The notes beneath the pieces were generated by a model. That model saw only the letters and a list, made by a program, of their open reading frames with translations. It had not been told where the DNA came from and ran no database searches. From a virus, in the IMG/VR virus record IMGVR_UViG_3300032323_001720, positions 5,902 through 69,901 of that record: a DNA stretch of 64,000 nucleotides, one strand, 5' to 3'. Below, one piece after another: positions 18,159-27,711 of the stretch; the first letter of the stretch is position 1, and every line of letters starts with the position of its first letter. The translations under genes were made by a program, and so were the position numbers.

Positions 18159-18797
18159 ATGAATCATGTGAATCACAACAATTACTATGATTTAGGTTTT
18201 TTTCGAACGAATGTACCTGATGATATTTTAAAATTACTTTGGTCGGAAGTTTATCTGACAGAATGGATAAATGATTCTGAAGAGGGTATTTACAAACAAA
18301 TACCCTCTTGGTACAAAAAGAAAAACAAATATGCATTGAAGAAAGATGGTTCGAATAGATCCGAATATGAACGTCTGATCGGAAAAGAAATTTTCGAAAA
18401 GACTCCAAGTACACTGATAGAAATTGGCAATAAGCTTATACAGAATGAACAATTTGATTTTTTCAGAACGTACTACAAATCACACGAATTAAAATACATC
18501 GATCTCTGGAATGGTTCAGAGAGTATTGATTACCATTTCGATACAATAAATGGATGTGACACATTCATTCTGATTTACCTTACAGACTCCGAAAAATGGT
18601 CAAGTGAGTGGGGTGGTTCTATAACCATGAAGAAACAGGTCGGCAGTCTTTGTCACTATGAACAAAAAATTCTTCCTGATAATGCAACCATGTTGGTTGT
18701 AAACAATGCAAATCCACTTGTCATGCATAAGGTGGAAAAACTCCACAACACATCAATAAATAGATACACCTTCTCTTTTATTTACAAGTGGTTTTAA
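18159..18797 (+). CDS. 2OG-Fe(II) oxygenase (prolyl-hydroxylase-like)
   Basis: YHFD (HxD), LIYL...W..EWGG, distal HKV and RYT motifs. Confidence 0.8.
   Translation: MNHVNHNNYYDLGFFRTNVPDDILKLLWSEVYLTEWINDSEEGIYKQIPSWYKKKNKYALKKDGSNRSEYERLIGKEIFEKTPSTLIEIGNKLIQNEQFDFFRTYYKSHELKYIDLWNGSESIDYHFDTINGCDTFILIYLTDSEKWSSEWGGSITMKKQVGSLCHYEQKILPDNATMLVVNNANPLVMHKVEKLHNTSINRYTFSFIYKWF
18755..18762 (+). promoter_or_regulatory. Late promoter-like box (AATAAATA)
   Basis: About 37 nt upstream of the rSAM-2 start codon. Confidence 0.3.
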
Positions 18798-18798
18798 A

Positions 18799-19803
18799 TT
18801 GATAGCTGAACATGTATTGAATATACACAATAAAAGGCCAGATACTGGTGAAATTATTGTAACACTGTTTGAATATTGTGATTTGAGTTGTTTATTCTGC
18901 AACCAAGACCACGATAGCTATGAGGGTATCGATACAATAGTCGGTAAATTTGACTCAGTTAAATTATCAATCGACCAACAAATAAAAAAAGGCAAAAAAC
19001 AAATCTCCATACACATGATGGGTGGAGAATTATTCTCGGATACAGTAGAAGATAAAGTATTCGATGACTACGCCGAACTCACCAAGAAATTACTGGCATA
19101 CGGCAAAGAAATAAACATACCTCTAGAAGTTTCTTTTATTACCAACTTTGTATGGGAAAAGAAACAAAGAATAAAGAAATTTCTGGATGATAACGACATA
19201 TCGGTTATGACCAGTTATGACCCGTCAGGTAGATTCAACAAAAAAACTTTTGAAGTCTACAAAAAAAACATACAAGATTTCAAAGAATATATAATCAGTG
19301 TCAACGTCATTATGACGAAGCCAAATATAGATAAGTTCATGTCGGACAATGTACCGTTTTTCGATTACTTGTATGAAAACTTCCCAATCTATTTTGATTA
19401 TTATGGACCAGGAAAAAACCATGAATTTCTAATGGCAAAAGACGTTGAGATTCGTGACTTTATGAAATACATGTTTGAGAACTGGAACAATTGTCATCCG
19501 TTCAAAACATTTACTAATAAAACCGCAAACAAAATGTCATGTATGGATACGCATACTGTTATGCCATCCGGAAAATGGGGTGGTTGTGGTTACTTTGAGA
19601 ATTTAGAGAAAGTTATACCAATTAAACTTGTAACCGAACAAAAATGGTTTGATGATTACAATTGTTATGAATGTGAACATCTACAAAGATGCACTATGGG
19701 ATGTTTTATGAGTAATCATGTTAAAGATATGAGAACACAAAATGAATGTTGGTTAAAAGAAGTTTATGATTATGTTGATTTAGAAATTGAAAAGGAGAAA
19801 TGA
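18799..19803 (+). CDS. Radical SAM protein with Cys-rich C-terminus (rSAM-2)
   Basis: CDLSCLFC, MGGE and C-terminal C...GC...CYEC.....C..GC...C; TTG start. Confidence 0.85.
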   Translation: MIAEHVLNIHNKRPDTGEIIVTLFEYCDLSCLFCNQDHDSYEGIDTIVGKFDSVKLSIDQQIKKGKKQISIHMMGGELFSDTVEDKVFDDYAELTKKLLAYGKEINIPLEVSFITNFVWEKKQRIKKFLDDNDISVMTSYDPSGRFNKKTFEVYKKNIQDFKEYIISVNVIMTKPNIDKFMSDNVPFFDYLYENFPIYFDYYGPGKNHEFLMAKDVEIRDFMKYMFENWNNCHPFKTFTNKTANKMSCMDTHTVMPSGKWGGCGYFENLEKVIPIKLVTEQKWFDDYNCYECEHLQRCTMGCFMSNHVKDMRTQNECWLKEVYDYVDLEIEKEK

Positions 19804-19804
19804 A

Positions 19805-20905
19805 ATGATTGTACCATTAATTGAATCGAATAAAGATTTTATTGCTGCCGAAGCGGTTGATTTTGTTCGTAGAACTTATCCAGATTTCAAGTTCGATAAC
19901 GAACTTCTTCGCAGAGATGTGCATATGGTCATCGATATCTTTATGGGTGAGTTGCATATCAAAGGCGGCGTTTATTCTTATGACATTGAGGATGGTCGTG
20001 ACATTTCATCTTTTCAATTAAATAGATATATAAAGTCATTCATTGTATTCAGAAATCATTCTGAACAAACAATTAATTGTATTCAATACACTGCTGATTT
20101 AATAAAAAAAGTTATAACAAACCAGAAAGTGGAACCTGTTTATAACACACACTACCAACAATCATACAACAATGAACAAGAATTTGATAAAGAAAAATTG
20201 AATGAATTCGATACCATTTGCAGTTTAATTATTGCAAATTCCGATTCAGGTTCAAACAGAAACTATCACATCGATTTCATTGAAGAATATTTCGACAAGG
20301 GTTTCATAGTTACGAAAATTCCACCACATATACATGAAAAATTGTGGCAAGAAGTTAAAAACACCAAATGGATTGATGCCGAAAAAACAACATATAAAAA
20401 AATACCAGATTGGTATCACGAAAATGAAAAGCATTATGTTGATCCAACAGGTTTCGATAGACCTTCTTATGAAAGAAAAATTGCAGCCGATATTTTTACA
20501 AATGCACCAAAGAGTTTGATTGATATTTCGGATGAATTAATACGGGATCCATTGTTTGATCCATTACGAATGTATCGTCCACCAAATCCTGTCACAAAGT
20601 TTTTACATTTTTGGAATGGAAGTGAAAATTCACCACACCATGTTGATGCCATTGATGGTTCTGATCTTATGGTGTTTTGCTATCTCACTGAGGCAGAAGA
20701 TTGGAAAGAAGAATGGGGTGGATATATCAACATCTTGAAAGAAGTTAATTCTGAAATTACAAACACTAAAATTGTATTGCCAAATAACGGAGTAATGGTA
20801 TTAGTTAACAACTCCGCACCAATTTTTAAACATGGTATCAGAAATTTAGTTAAAAAAGATGTTAATAGATATACATACATCTTTCATTACACTTGGACAT
20901 ACTGA
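19805..20905 (+). CDS. 2OG-Fe(II) oxygenase with N-terminal extension
   Basis: HHVD, EEWGG, FKHGI and NRYT motifs; C-terminal half paralogous to 18159-18797. The ATG at 19805 follows an AAGGAG RBS. Confidence 0.8.
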   Translation: MIVPLIESNKDFIAAEAVDFVRRTYPDFKFDNELLRRDVHMVIDIFMGELHIKGGVYSYDIEDGRDISSFQLNRYIKSFIVFRNHSEQTINCIQYTADLIKKVITNQKVEPVYNTHYQQSYNNEQEFDKEKLNEFDTICSLIIANSDSGSNRNYHIDFIEEYFDKGFIVTKIPPHIHEKLWQEVKNTKWIDAEKTTYKKIPDWYHENEKHYVDPTGFDRPSYERKIAADIFTNAPKSLIDISDELIRDPLFDPLRMYRPPNPVTKFLHFWNGSENSPHHVDAIDGSDLMVFCYLTEAEDWKEEWGGYINILKEVNSEITNTKIVLPNNGVMVLVNNSAPIFKHGIRNLVKKDVNRYTYIFHYTWTY

Positions 20906-20920
20906 ATCTAAATTTTTGTT

Positions 20921-21991
20921 ATGGAATTAATTATTAAACCAACTGAGAAGTGCAACTTCAAGTGTACCTTTTGTTCAAGTACGCACATCACCGATGATAA
21001 GACAGCGGAGTTGGATCACGAATATATCTTTAAGTTTTTAAAAAGATATCCAGAAACAAACACCATCATTGTTAATGGTGGTGATCCACTAATGATGAGC
21101 CCAGAATATTACTGGAAAATAATTGAACACCTGGAAGAAATTGGTAGTGATGCTCGCATATCATTTACCAGTAATCTATGGCCATTCTATAAGAATCCTA
21201 AAAAATGGACCGAATTGTTTACGCATCCTCGCATGGGTATTACAACCAGTTTCCAGTATGGTGGTGGAAGACTTAAAGGTGACTTGACAGAATTCAGTGA
21301 AGAAGACTTCTGGAACGTCAGTGATATGATGTTGGACGTTGTTGGTTATCGCCCAGACTTCATAAGTGTTATCACTAAGGAGAATGAACATCTGGCCATC
21401 AAGAACGTTGAACTGGCAAAAAAGATGGATGTGGAATGTAAATTGAACTATGCTTTCAGTAGTGGACCTCCGGTAAAATTTAAAAACATTATCATGGGAC
21501 AACAAGGGCAACCATATTTACTAGCAGATATGTACAAAATATATGTTGAAATATGGAAGAGAAATTTGACACAGTGGGAATATAACACAAAACAGATGGT
21601 CAAGAGACTGGTTGGCCATGCAACCACTTGCCCACAAAATAGAAACTGTGATGCAAACATCCGAACATTACAACCAAGTGGTGATTATTATAGTTGCGGT
21701 GCATTTGGTGATGATAAACTTTATCAAATAAATTTTGAAAAAGAAATGTCAGGTGAAAAGATATTTCCTCTCAGATTTCAACCGGAATTACAGAGTCTTA
21801 AAGGTTCCTGTTTCACCTGCCCAATGTTTCAAATCTGTAATGGTTGCAAGAAAACAATCAAAGATTTAAAAGACCATGACTTGGTAGAAGAACACTGTTC
21901 TAAAATGAAACTGTTGGCACCAGATATCATTGAGTCAAATGGAATGACAGGTATTCTGGAACCTACACCGTATGTTAGAGAATACGCATGA
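20921..21991 (+). CDS. Radical SAM protein with SPASM-like domain (rSAM-3)
   Basis: CNFKCTFC, NGGDP and CP....C...SCG...CFTC.....C.GC...C. Confidence 0.9.
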   Translation: MELIIKPTEKCNFKCTFCSSTHITDDKTAELDHEYIFKFLKRYPETNTIIVNGGDPLMMSPEYYWKIIEHLEEIGSDARISFTSNLWPFYKNPKKWTELFTHPRMGITTSFQYGGGRLKGDLTEFSEEDFWNVSDMMLDVVGYRPDFISVITKENEHLAIKNVELAKKMDVECKLNYAFSSGPPVKFKNIIMGQQGQPYLLADMYKIYVEIWKRNLTQWEYNTKQMVKRLVGHATTCPQNRNCDANIRTLQPSGDYYSCGAFGDDKLYQINFEKEMSGEKIFPLRFQPELQSLKGSCFTCPMFQICNGCKKTIKDLKDHDLVEEHCSKMKLLAPDIIESNGMTGILEPTPYVREYA

Positions 21992-22896
21992 ACGTTTCTA
22001 TTAATCCCAGTTACTTCTGCAATTTTCGATGTGACTTTTGTTATCTAACGGAAGAACAACTGTCCGACCAGAAGAAAATAGAACTAGAAAAACTTGACGA
22101 ATTATTATCACAGGTACCCAACATCGAACATATAGATTTGTATGGTGGTGAAATTGGCGCATTGAAAAAAGATTATTTCTATGGTTTGAGAGATACAATT
22201 CGCAAACATTATGGTGGTAAAATCAATATTAATACCAATTATTCCATGTTGCACGATGGTTTCTATGAGGATGATTTTTACCTGAGTGTCAGTTATGATT
22301 GGGAAGCCAGAGAAAAGTCCGATAGAGTTTACCAGAACATGTTGATGAGTCCAGTACCCATAGCCGTACTGGTCCTGGCCAGTCCTAAAGTACTGGAGAT
22401 GAATGTTGATGAACTGATCATGTCCATGAACTTGTGCAGTAGTGTAAAAAGCCTGGAGATAAAACCTTACAGTACCAACCAGGCGAACCAACATCCTGTC
22501 ACACACAAAGACTTTGAGGAATTTGTTAAAAAGTGGGTTGAAAGTCCAGTAAAAAAGAACTTTGAATTCATTAATGAATATTATATTGAAGATGTTTTGG
22601 ATGGTAACCGAAATGCGTTCAGTGATGATCACATCTATATCACACCAAATGGCAAGTTTGCTGTATTAGAATTCGATCTAAACGACAATGAATATTTCCT
22701 GGAACTGGATAGTTGGGATGACTATGTGAAATGGACACAAAAAGAAAAACGAAGTAACGTTAGTGACATTTGTAAAAGTTGTGAATTCTATGGCAAATGT
22801 CTGACAGAACACTACCGTTATGTGAAGGATCTAAATAATAGTTGCAATGGTTATAAATTTTTAATAGAGTGGTATCGTGAACGACTGGAAAATTAG
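21988..22896 (+). CDS. Radical SAM protein (rSAM-4)
   Basis: CNFRCDFC, YGGE and C-terminal CKSC.....C...H...C; ATGA overlap with rSAM-3. Confidence 0.85.
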   Translation: MNVSINPSYFCNFRCDFCYLTEEQLSDQKKIELEKLDELLSQVPNIEHIDLYGGEIGALKKDYFYGLRDTIRKHYGGKININTNYSMLHDGFYEDDFYLSVSYDWEAREKSDRVYQNMLMSPVPIAVLVLASPKVLEMNVDELIMSMNLCSSVKSLEIKPYSTNQANQHPVTHKDFEEFVKKWVESPVKKNFEFINEYYIEDVLDGNRNAFSDDHIYITPNGKFAVLEFDLNDNEYFLELDSWDDYVKWTQKEKRSNVSDICKSCEFYGKCLTEHYRYVKDLNNSCNGYKFLIEWYRERLEN

Positions 22897-23275
22897 ACAA
22901 GAAATTTATCATAGACTTAATACCGATTTTGATGATGATTTAAAAACTAAATCGGTTGAAATGTCGGATGATATTGTGGGTAATGCTGTTCGTTATTTCA
23001 ATGAACGCGATATCGGATGGATCTATCCAGCCAAAAGTTACATGGTTGGAATATGTTATGCACGTTGGCTATCCGAACATTTTGGTGGAGAACCATTAGA
23101 TTATCTCAAAGATCAGAGTTTATTATATCACAATGATCCATATTTTAATAATTATGAACTTGATCAAAAAACATACGATGAAATATTAAGTAAAATCAAT
23201 CATTGGAATTTTGAGGAAAAAAATGGTTTGGTTCCTGATGTGAAAAAATATTTCACAGAAGAGTTTATGTTATGA
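22877..23275 (+). CDS. Hypothetical protein of the radical SAM island
   Basis: 132-aa ORF with GTG start, overlapping both neighbours. Confidence 0.65.
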   Translation: MNDWKIRQEIYHRLNTDFDDDLKTKSVEMSDDIVGNAVRYFNERDIGWIYPAKSYMVGICYARWLSEHFGGEPLDYLKDQSLLYHNDPYFNNYELDQKTYDEILSKINHWNFEEKNGLVPDVKKYFTEEFML

Positions 23276-23844
23276 TTCAAAATTTGTGGCCAACACCACT
23301 ACTAAAAACAAATTTTTCGGAAGAAATAAGAAATGATTTATTGAGTCATTTTTTAACAAAATATGACTTTTTAAATTCTTCCGGCGATCTCAGTAATGTA
23401 AACATTTTTGACGATGAATCGGATATTATCTATAAGTTTACTGATGAGGTTGTGTTACCACTTTTTGATACCTTTCTGAAAGAGAGTTTGGGGAAAGGTA
23501 TGTTAAGTTGGAAAAGTTATAAACTAAAAGGTTGGCTGACTGGATCAGGAAAAAACTACGCCTCAAATTTACACAACCATAAGGGCGCAGTAATCTCTTC
23601 AGTATTTTATTTGCTTTGTGAAGAAGTGGATGTTGGTGGTGAAATTTACTTCACCGACCCCAGACAAAATTCAAATAGAGGATATGATAATCAATTCTCC
23701 AAATGGTTTGATCATCTTTCTTTAACACCAAAAAGTGGTGATGTTGTGATTTTTCCAAGCTTTTTATATCATTATGTTGCAACTTATAGAGGAAACATCA
23801 GAATAGCCATGCCTGTTGATTTGTTTCTCTATACGAACGAGTGA
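23272..23844 (+). CDS. Putative 2OG-Fe(II) oxygenase (TIGR02466-like phage family)
   Basis: LWPTP start, HNH..A.ISSVFY, FTDPR and P..GDVVIFPSFLYH.V....R motifs. Confidence 0.8.
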   Translation: MIQNLWPTPLLKTNFSEEIRNDLLSHFLTKYDFLNSSGDLSNVNIFDDESDIIYKFTDEVVLPLFDTFLKESLGKGMLSWKSYKLKGWLTGSGKNYASNLHNHKGAVISSVFYLLCEEVDVGGEIYFTDPRQNSNRGYDNQFSKWFDHLSLTPKSGDVVIFPSFLYHYVATYRGNIRIAMPVDLFLYTNE

Positions 23845-23852
23845 TAACAAGC

Positions 23853-23897
23853 CATAAATATCCTAAATATTTTAGTGTCTTTTAGACATGATAAATA
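23853..23897 (+). promoter_or_regulatory. Cluster of three late promoter-like boxes
   Basis: CATAAATA 23853, CCTAAATA 23862 and GATAAATA 23890 upstream of the resumed structural genes. Confidence 0.55.
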
Positions 23898-23928
23898 CCG
23901 ATATAATAATAAAAGGTAGAAATAACCC

Positions 23929-24270
23929 ATGGCAGCAGGATATCAAGAACTATTCATTGAACAAGGCGCCGACTTCTCGACTTCTATCACCTTGGATGAT
24001 GTAGACAACGAACCTTTCGATTTAACTGGATACCAAGCAAAAAGTCAGATAAAGAAGTCTTACTATTCAAGTACCTCGGCAGCTCAATTCGTCATAACCA
24101 TTCCCACACCAGTGAATGGTGTGTTAAGCATGTCTATAAGTGCAGCAAATACAGCAAACATATCTGCGGGAAGATATGTGTATGACGTTTTAATTAAAAA
24201 TTCTAGTAACAATACGACTAGAGTTCTGGAAGGAATCGTTAATATTGTGCCACAAGTTACTAAATTTTAA
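23929..24270 (+). CDS. Conserved virion structural protein (beta-sandwich, tail-associated)
   Basis: L.IEQGADF, DLTGY...SQI.KSY and GRYVYDV...RVLEG, a family common in T4-like tail regions. Confidence 0.65.
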   Translation: MAAGYQELFIEQGADFSTSITLDDVDNEPFDLTGYQAKSQIKKSYYSSTSAAQFVITIPTPVNGVLSMSISAANTANISAGRYVYDVLIKNSSNNTTRVLEGIVNIVPQVTKF

Positions 24271-24279
24271 AGGATAAAA

Positions 24280-24816
24280 ATGCCTACAGTAACTGTCTCA
24301 CAACCTTCAGTAATAAAAGTCAAAATTGATAGTCAACAGGCTAAGGTCAGCACTATCAATTATGCAACGAAGTCGATAAAGGATTCTCCTGACGTAGACA
24401 TGACTGGTGCAAGAACTGGTGATGTTCTTGTCTACGATGCAAATACACAGATTTTCAGTTCCAGAAGAGTTGGTTCGGCAACTCCTATTACTGGAGCATT
24501 GATACCAACATCCACAAGAGCTTTCGATATTGGTAGTAGAACACAGAGATTCAGAAGTATGTATTTGAGTGGAAATACAATCGATCTGGACGGAACTCAA
24601 ATGAAGGCGGATGCAGCTAATGGTACAATATCCTTTAGTGCGCCTCCAACACCAGAATTTCCAAATCCAGTGGCGATTGTGATAACACCACAAGGTGGTT
24701 TTGCACCGGTACAGACCGTAGGTGGTGAAATACCTGCAACAACAAACATACAAAGCATTATAGCAAACACTGCGACCTATTTACAGTTCACAGGTGGAGA
24801 CGCAGGGTTCTTTTAA
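24280..24816 (+). CDS. Putative tail fibre-associated protein
   Basis: DVD....GDVLVYD and FDIGS...RFR..YLS fibre motifs; ends GGDAGFF. Confidence 0.55.
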   Translation: MPTVTVSQPSVIKVKIDSQQAKVSTINYATKSIKDSPDVDMTGARTGDVLVYDANTQIFSSRRVGSATPITGALIPTSTRAFDIGSRTQRFRSMYLSGNTIDLDGTQMKADAANGTISFSAPPTPEFPNPVAIVITPQGGFAPVQTVGGEIPATTNIQSIIANTATYLQFTGGDAGFF

Positions 24817-25041
24817 ATGTCGAATACCGTAATACAGATTTTAAGATCATACTCAAACGTTGCGCCAACAACTTTGGCTGACGGTGAGTTGGCTTACTCA
24901 TTTCTCGCAAACGCATTATACATCGGTTCAAATACTGGTCAGGTCATACTGATTGGTGGTTCAAGCTTTGCACAAAACGTTACTGTTGCAGTCGCAAATA
25001 CGTCAATTGAAACTTTGAATGCTGACGGTGGCGAATTTTAA
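24817..25041 (+). CDS. Small Mtd_N-like (fibre N-terminal module) protein
   Basis: IQILRS...P..LADGELAY...LYIG; ends ADGGEF. Confidence 0.55.
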   Translation: MSNTVIQILRSYSNVAPTTLADGELAYSFLANALYIGSNTGQVILIGGSSFAQNVTVAVANTSIETLNADGGEF

Positions 25042-25089
25042 TAAATAGACAGTAGGATTGTTACAAAAACAACAAAAAGGACAATAATA

Positions 25090-26991
25090 ATGGCGAATAC
25101 ATCGATTAGAATTAAACGCTCAACCTCGGCAAGCTCACCAGGTAGTTTAGCTTCCGGCGAATTAGCGTACTCATACCTGTCAAATACTATCTTTATCGGT
25201 TCGCCAGCAGGTACCGGTGTAGTCAACGTTGGTGGTCAATTTTATACCTCACAAATTGATGCTGCAACCAACACAAACACTGGTGGAACGATTGTTCGCC
25301 GTGACGCTAACGGTAACGCAGCGTTCGGTACCATTACTGCAACAACAATCAATGCTGCAATCGAAGGTAATGCGAACTCTGCAACAAGATTACAAACAGC
25401 AAGAGACTTCAGTATCAGTGGCGGTGATATTTCTGCTACAGCAGTTTCTTTTGATGGTACACAGAACGTAACATTAAATGCGTCACTAGGTGCTGTAACA
25501 GGTTTATCTGCTGGTACATATGGTGGTACCACAACAGTACCTATTGTTACTGTTGCTGCAAACGGCCGTGTTATGGCCATTGCAAACTCTGCAACTATTG
25601 CAACATCTTTAAATATTCAAGGTGATACTGGTACAGATACAGTTAATCTTGCAACAGATACACTGGATTTTGAAGGTGGTTCTGGTGTCGTAACAACCGT
25701 TTCGAACAACAAAGTTGCAATCGCTGTTGATAGTGCAACAGTATTAAGAACAAATACTGCGATTCAAAATCAAATCATTGATGGTAACGTTGAAATTAGT
25801 GGTAACCTGATTGTTCTTGGTACAGAAACAACCATTAACGTTGAAACACTGAACATTTCTGACCCGTTAATTTTCTTGGCGGCTAATAACGACATATCTG
25901 ACAGCGTAGATATCGGTTTTGTTGGTAATTACAGTGATGGTACCTCAAAACATACTGGTGTGTTTAGACATGCTGGTACAAAAGACTTCTATGTCTTCGA
26001 TAATTACACCGGATCACATGCAAACAACGTTATCGATGTTGGCGATGCTAGTTTCCGTGTTGCAAACTTACGTGCAAACTTAATTTCTCAGTCTGCTAAC
26101 ATTGGTACATTACAAGCCAGCACAATGGTTGTTGGCAGCCTATCACTGACAACAGACCTGGCTGTTTCTAGTGGCGGTACTGGTGCAAGTTCCTTCACCA
26201 ACGGTGCGATCCTGGTTGGTGCTGGTACAGGTGCATTGACAACATTAGCAAATAGCACATACACCGCAACAGGTTCAGGTGGAGCTAATAAAACTCTGTC
26301 TTCATTGACAGTTGACGCATACGGAAGAACCACAGCAGCAACATTTGAAAACATTTCTGGTCTGACTGTTGCACAAGGTGGTACTGGTGTTAACACATTC
26401 AATGCTGGTCAAATTGTTGTTGGTGATGGCACCAACGGTCTGAAACAGATTGCTAACGTAACATACACTCAAACAGGTACGTTAACAACCGCAAATACAG
26501 TTTCTGCAATTACTGTAGATGCTTATGGTCGTGTTAGTGCATTAACATCTTCAGCAATTGCTCTAGGTGCAGATCAGATCACTAGCGGAACATTAGCTGT
26601 AGGTAGAGGCGGTACTGGTGCAACATCATTTACAAGTGGTGCTCTGCTTGTTGGTAACGGATCTGGTGCAATCAGTGAACTAGCCAACTCAACATACACA
26701 GCAACAGGTTCTGCTGGTGCAGCAAAGACAGTCACTTCACTGACAGTTGACGCATATGGTCGCGTAACTGCTGCAACATTCGCAGACATTTCTGGTCTGA
26801 CAGTATCTCAAGGTGGTACAGGTGCATCTACATTCACCACAAACGGTATTGTATACGGCAACGGCACAGGTGCAATGCAAGTTACTGCCGCTGCTGGTTC
26901 ATCGGATCAAACATGGTCTAATCAAATTCTGACAGTAACCAATGCTGGTGTTCCAGTTTGGTCTTCTGCACTAGACGGAGGTCAATTCTAA
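25090..26991 (+). CDS. Tail fibre protein with Mtd_N-like start and internal GGTG/TVDAYGR repeats
   Basis: IRIKRS...LASGELAY, repeated V..GGTG...TVDAYGR units; ends LDGGQF; AATAAATA box at 25040. Confidence 0.7.
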   Translation: MANTSIRIKRSTSASSPGSLASGELAYSYLSNTIFIGSPAGTGVVNVGGQFYTSQIDAATNTNTGGTIVRRDANGNAAFGTITATTINAAIEGNANSATRLQTARDFSISGGDISATAVSFDGTQNVTLNASLGAVTGLSAGTYGGTTTVPIVTVAANGRVMAIANSATIATSLNIQGDTGTDTVNLATDTLDFEGGSGVVTTVSNNKVAIAVDSATVLRTNTAIQNQIIDGNVEISGNLIVLGTETTINVETLNISDPLIFLAANNDISDSVDIGFVGNYSDGTSKHTGVFRHAGTKDFYVFDNYTGSHANNVIDVGDASFRVANLRANLISQSANIGTLQASTMVVGSLSLTTDLAVSSGGTGASSFTNGAILVGAGTGALTTLANSTYTATGSGGANKTLSSLTVDAYGRTTAATFENISGLTVAQGGTGVNTFNAGQIVVGDGTNGLKQIANVTYTQTGTLTTANTVSAITVDAYGRVSALTSSAIALGADQITSGTLAVGRGGTGATSFTSGALLVGNGSGAISELANSTYTATGSAGAAKTVTSLTVDAYGRVTAATFADISGLTVSQGGTGASTFTTNGIVYGNGTGAMQVTAAAGSSDQTWSNQILTVTNAGVPVWSSALDGGQF

Positions 26992-27038
26992 TCTGACTAT
27001 ATAATGTAACTGTTTCTTTTATATGATAGGAGTTTGAA

Positions 27039-27707
27039 ATGGGTAATGAAAAATATTTAAATTATTACATTGAGACATTGACCAGCACAATGACAGATTG
27101 TGTTATTCGGAATGTCTCAATGCAGGCAAACGCAAAAGTTACTGATGAGGTTATCAAAGATCAAAGTGAAAAAATTGAAAACTTATCAAATTTAAATTCA
27201 GAATTACAATCAACTATTCAGAATTTAAAGAATGATATTTCGAAAAATGAAAGTGCTTTGGTTCAGGATTTGAAAAACAAATTGGCTGAAAGTGATAAAC
27301 TGGTAACCAAATTGGGAAATGATTTAAACGAATTGACAACAAAGTACCGTGATTATGATAGTGTTAAAAATCAATCGACTCACGTTGAAACTTTTAAAGC
27401 TGAATTGATTAAAGCTAGAGAAGAGACTAATAGGGTTCGTGCAGAACTGGAACTAAAAATCAATTCTCTAATATCAGAAAGTGCAGGAAAAATTTCTGCA
27501 TTAACTGAACAACATGAAAAAGATATTGTGCGTTTGAACCAAAATCACGATAAAAAAGTTAAAGAACTAACTGATAAAATTGACTATTTACAATTGCCTC
27601 CTGCCAAAAGAAAAAAAATTGATGAGCTAAATAAACAAGTAGAACCAGAAATTGTAATAGATTCTGGCGAATTAAGTAGCCCAATCAAAGATGGCGGATC
27701 GTTTTAA
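27039..27707 (+). CDS. Coiled-coil hypothetical protein
   Basis: Lys/Glu-rich heptads, AGGAG RBS; ends KDGGSF. Confidence 0.65.
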   Translation: MGNEKYLNYYIETLTSTMTDCVIRNVSMQANAKVTDEVIKDQSEKIENLSNLNSELQSTIQNLKNDISKNESALVQDLKNKLAESDKLVTKLGNDLNELTTKYRDYDSVKNQSTHVETFKAELIKAREETNRVRAELELKINSLISESAGKISALTEQHEKDIVRLNQNHDKKVKELTDKIDYLQLPPAKRKKIDELNKQVEPEIVIDSGELSSPIKDGGSF

Positions 27708-27711
27708 GTAA

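Noticed and set aside
14318-23844. Island as a known cofactor or base-modification pathway (QueE/7-deazaguanine, NrdG, MoaA, PqqE)
   Set aside because: No queC/queD/folE, nrdD, moa or pqq partners. The rSAMs have regular CxxxCxxC plus SPASM-like tails and flank a Cys/His-motif protein. Not fully excluded without a database search.
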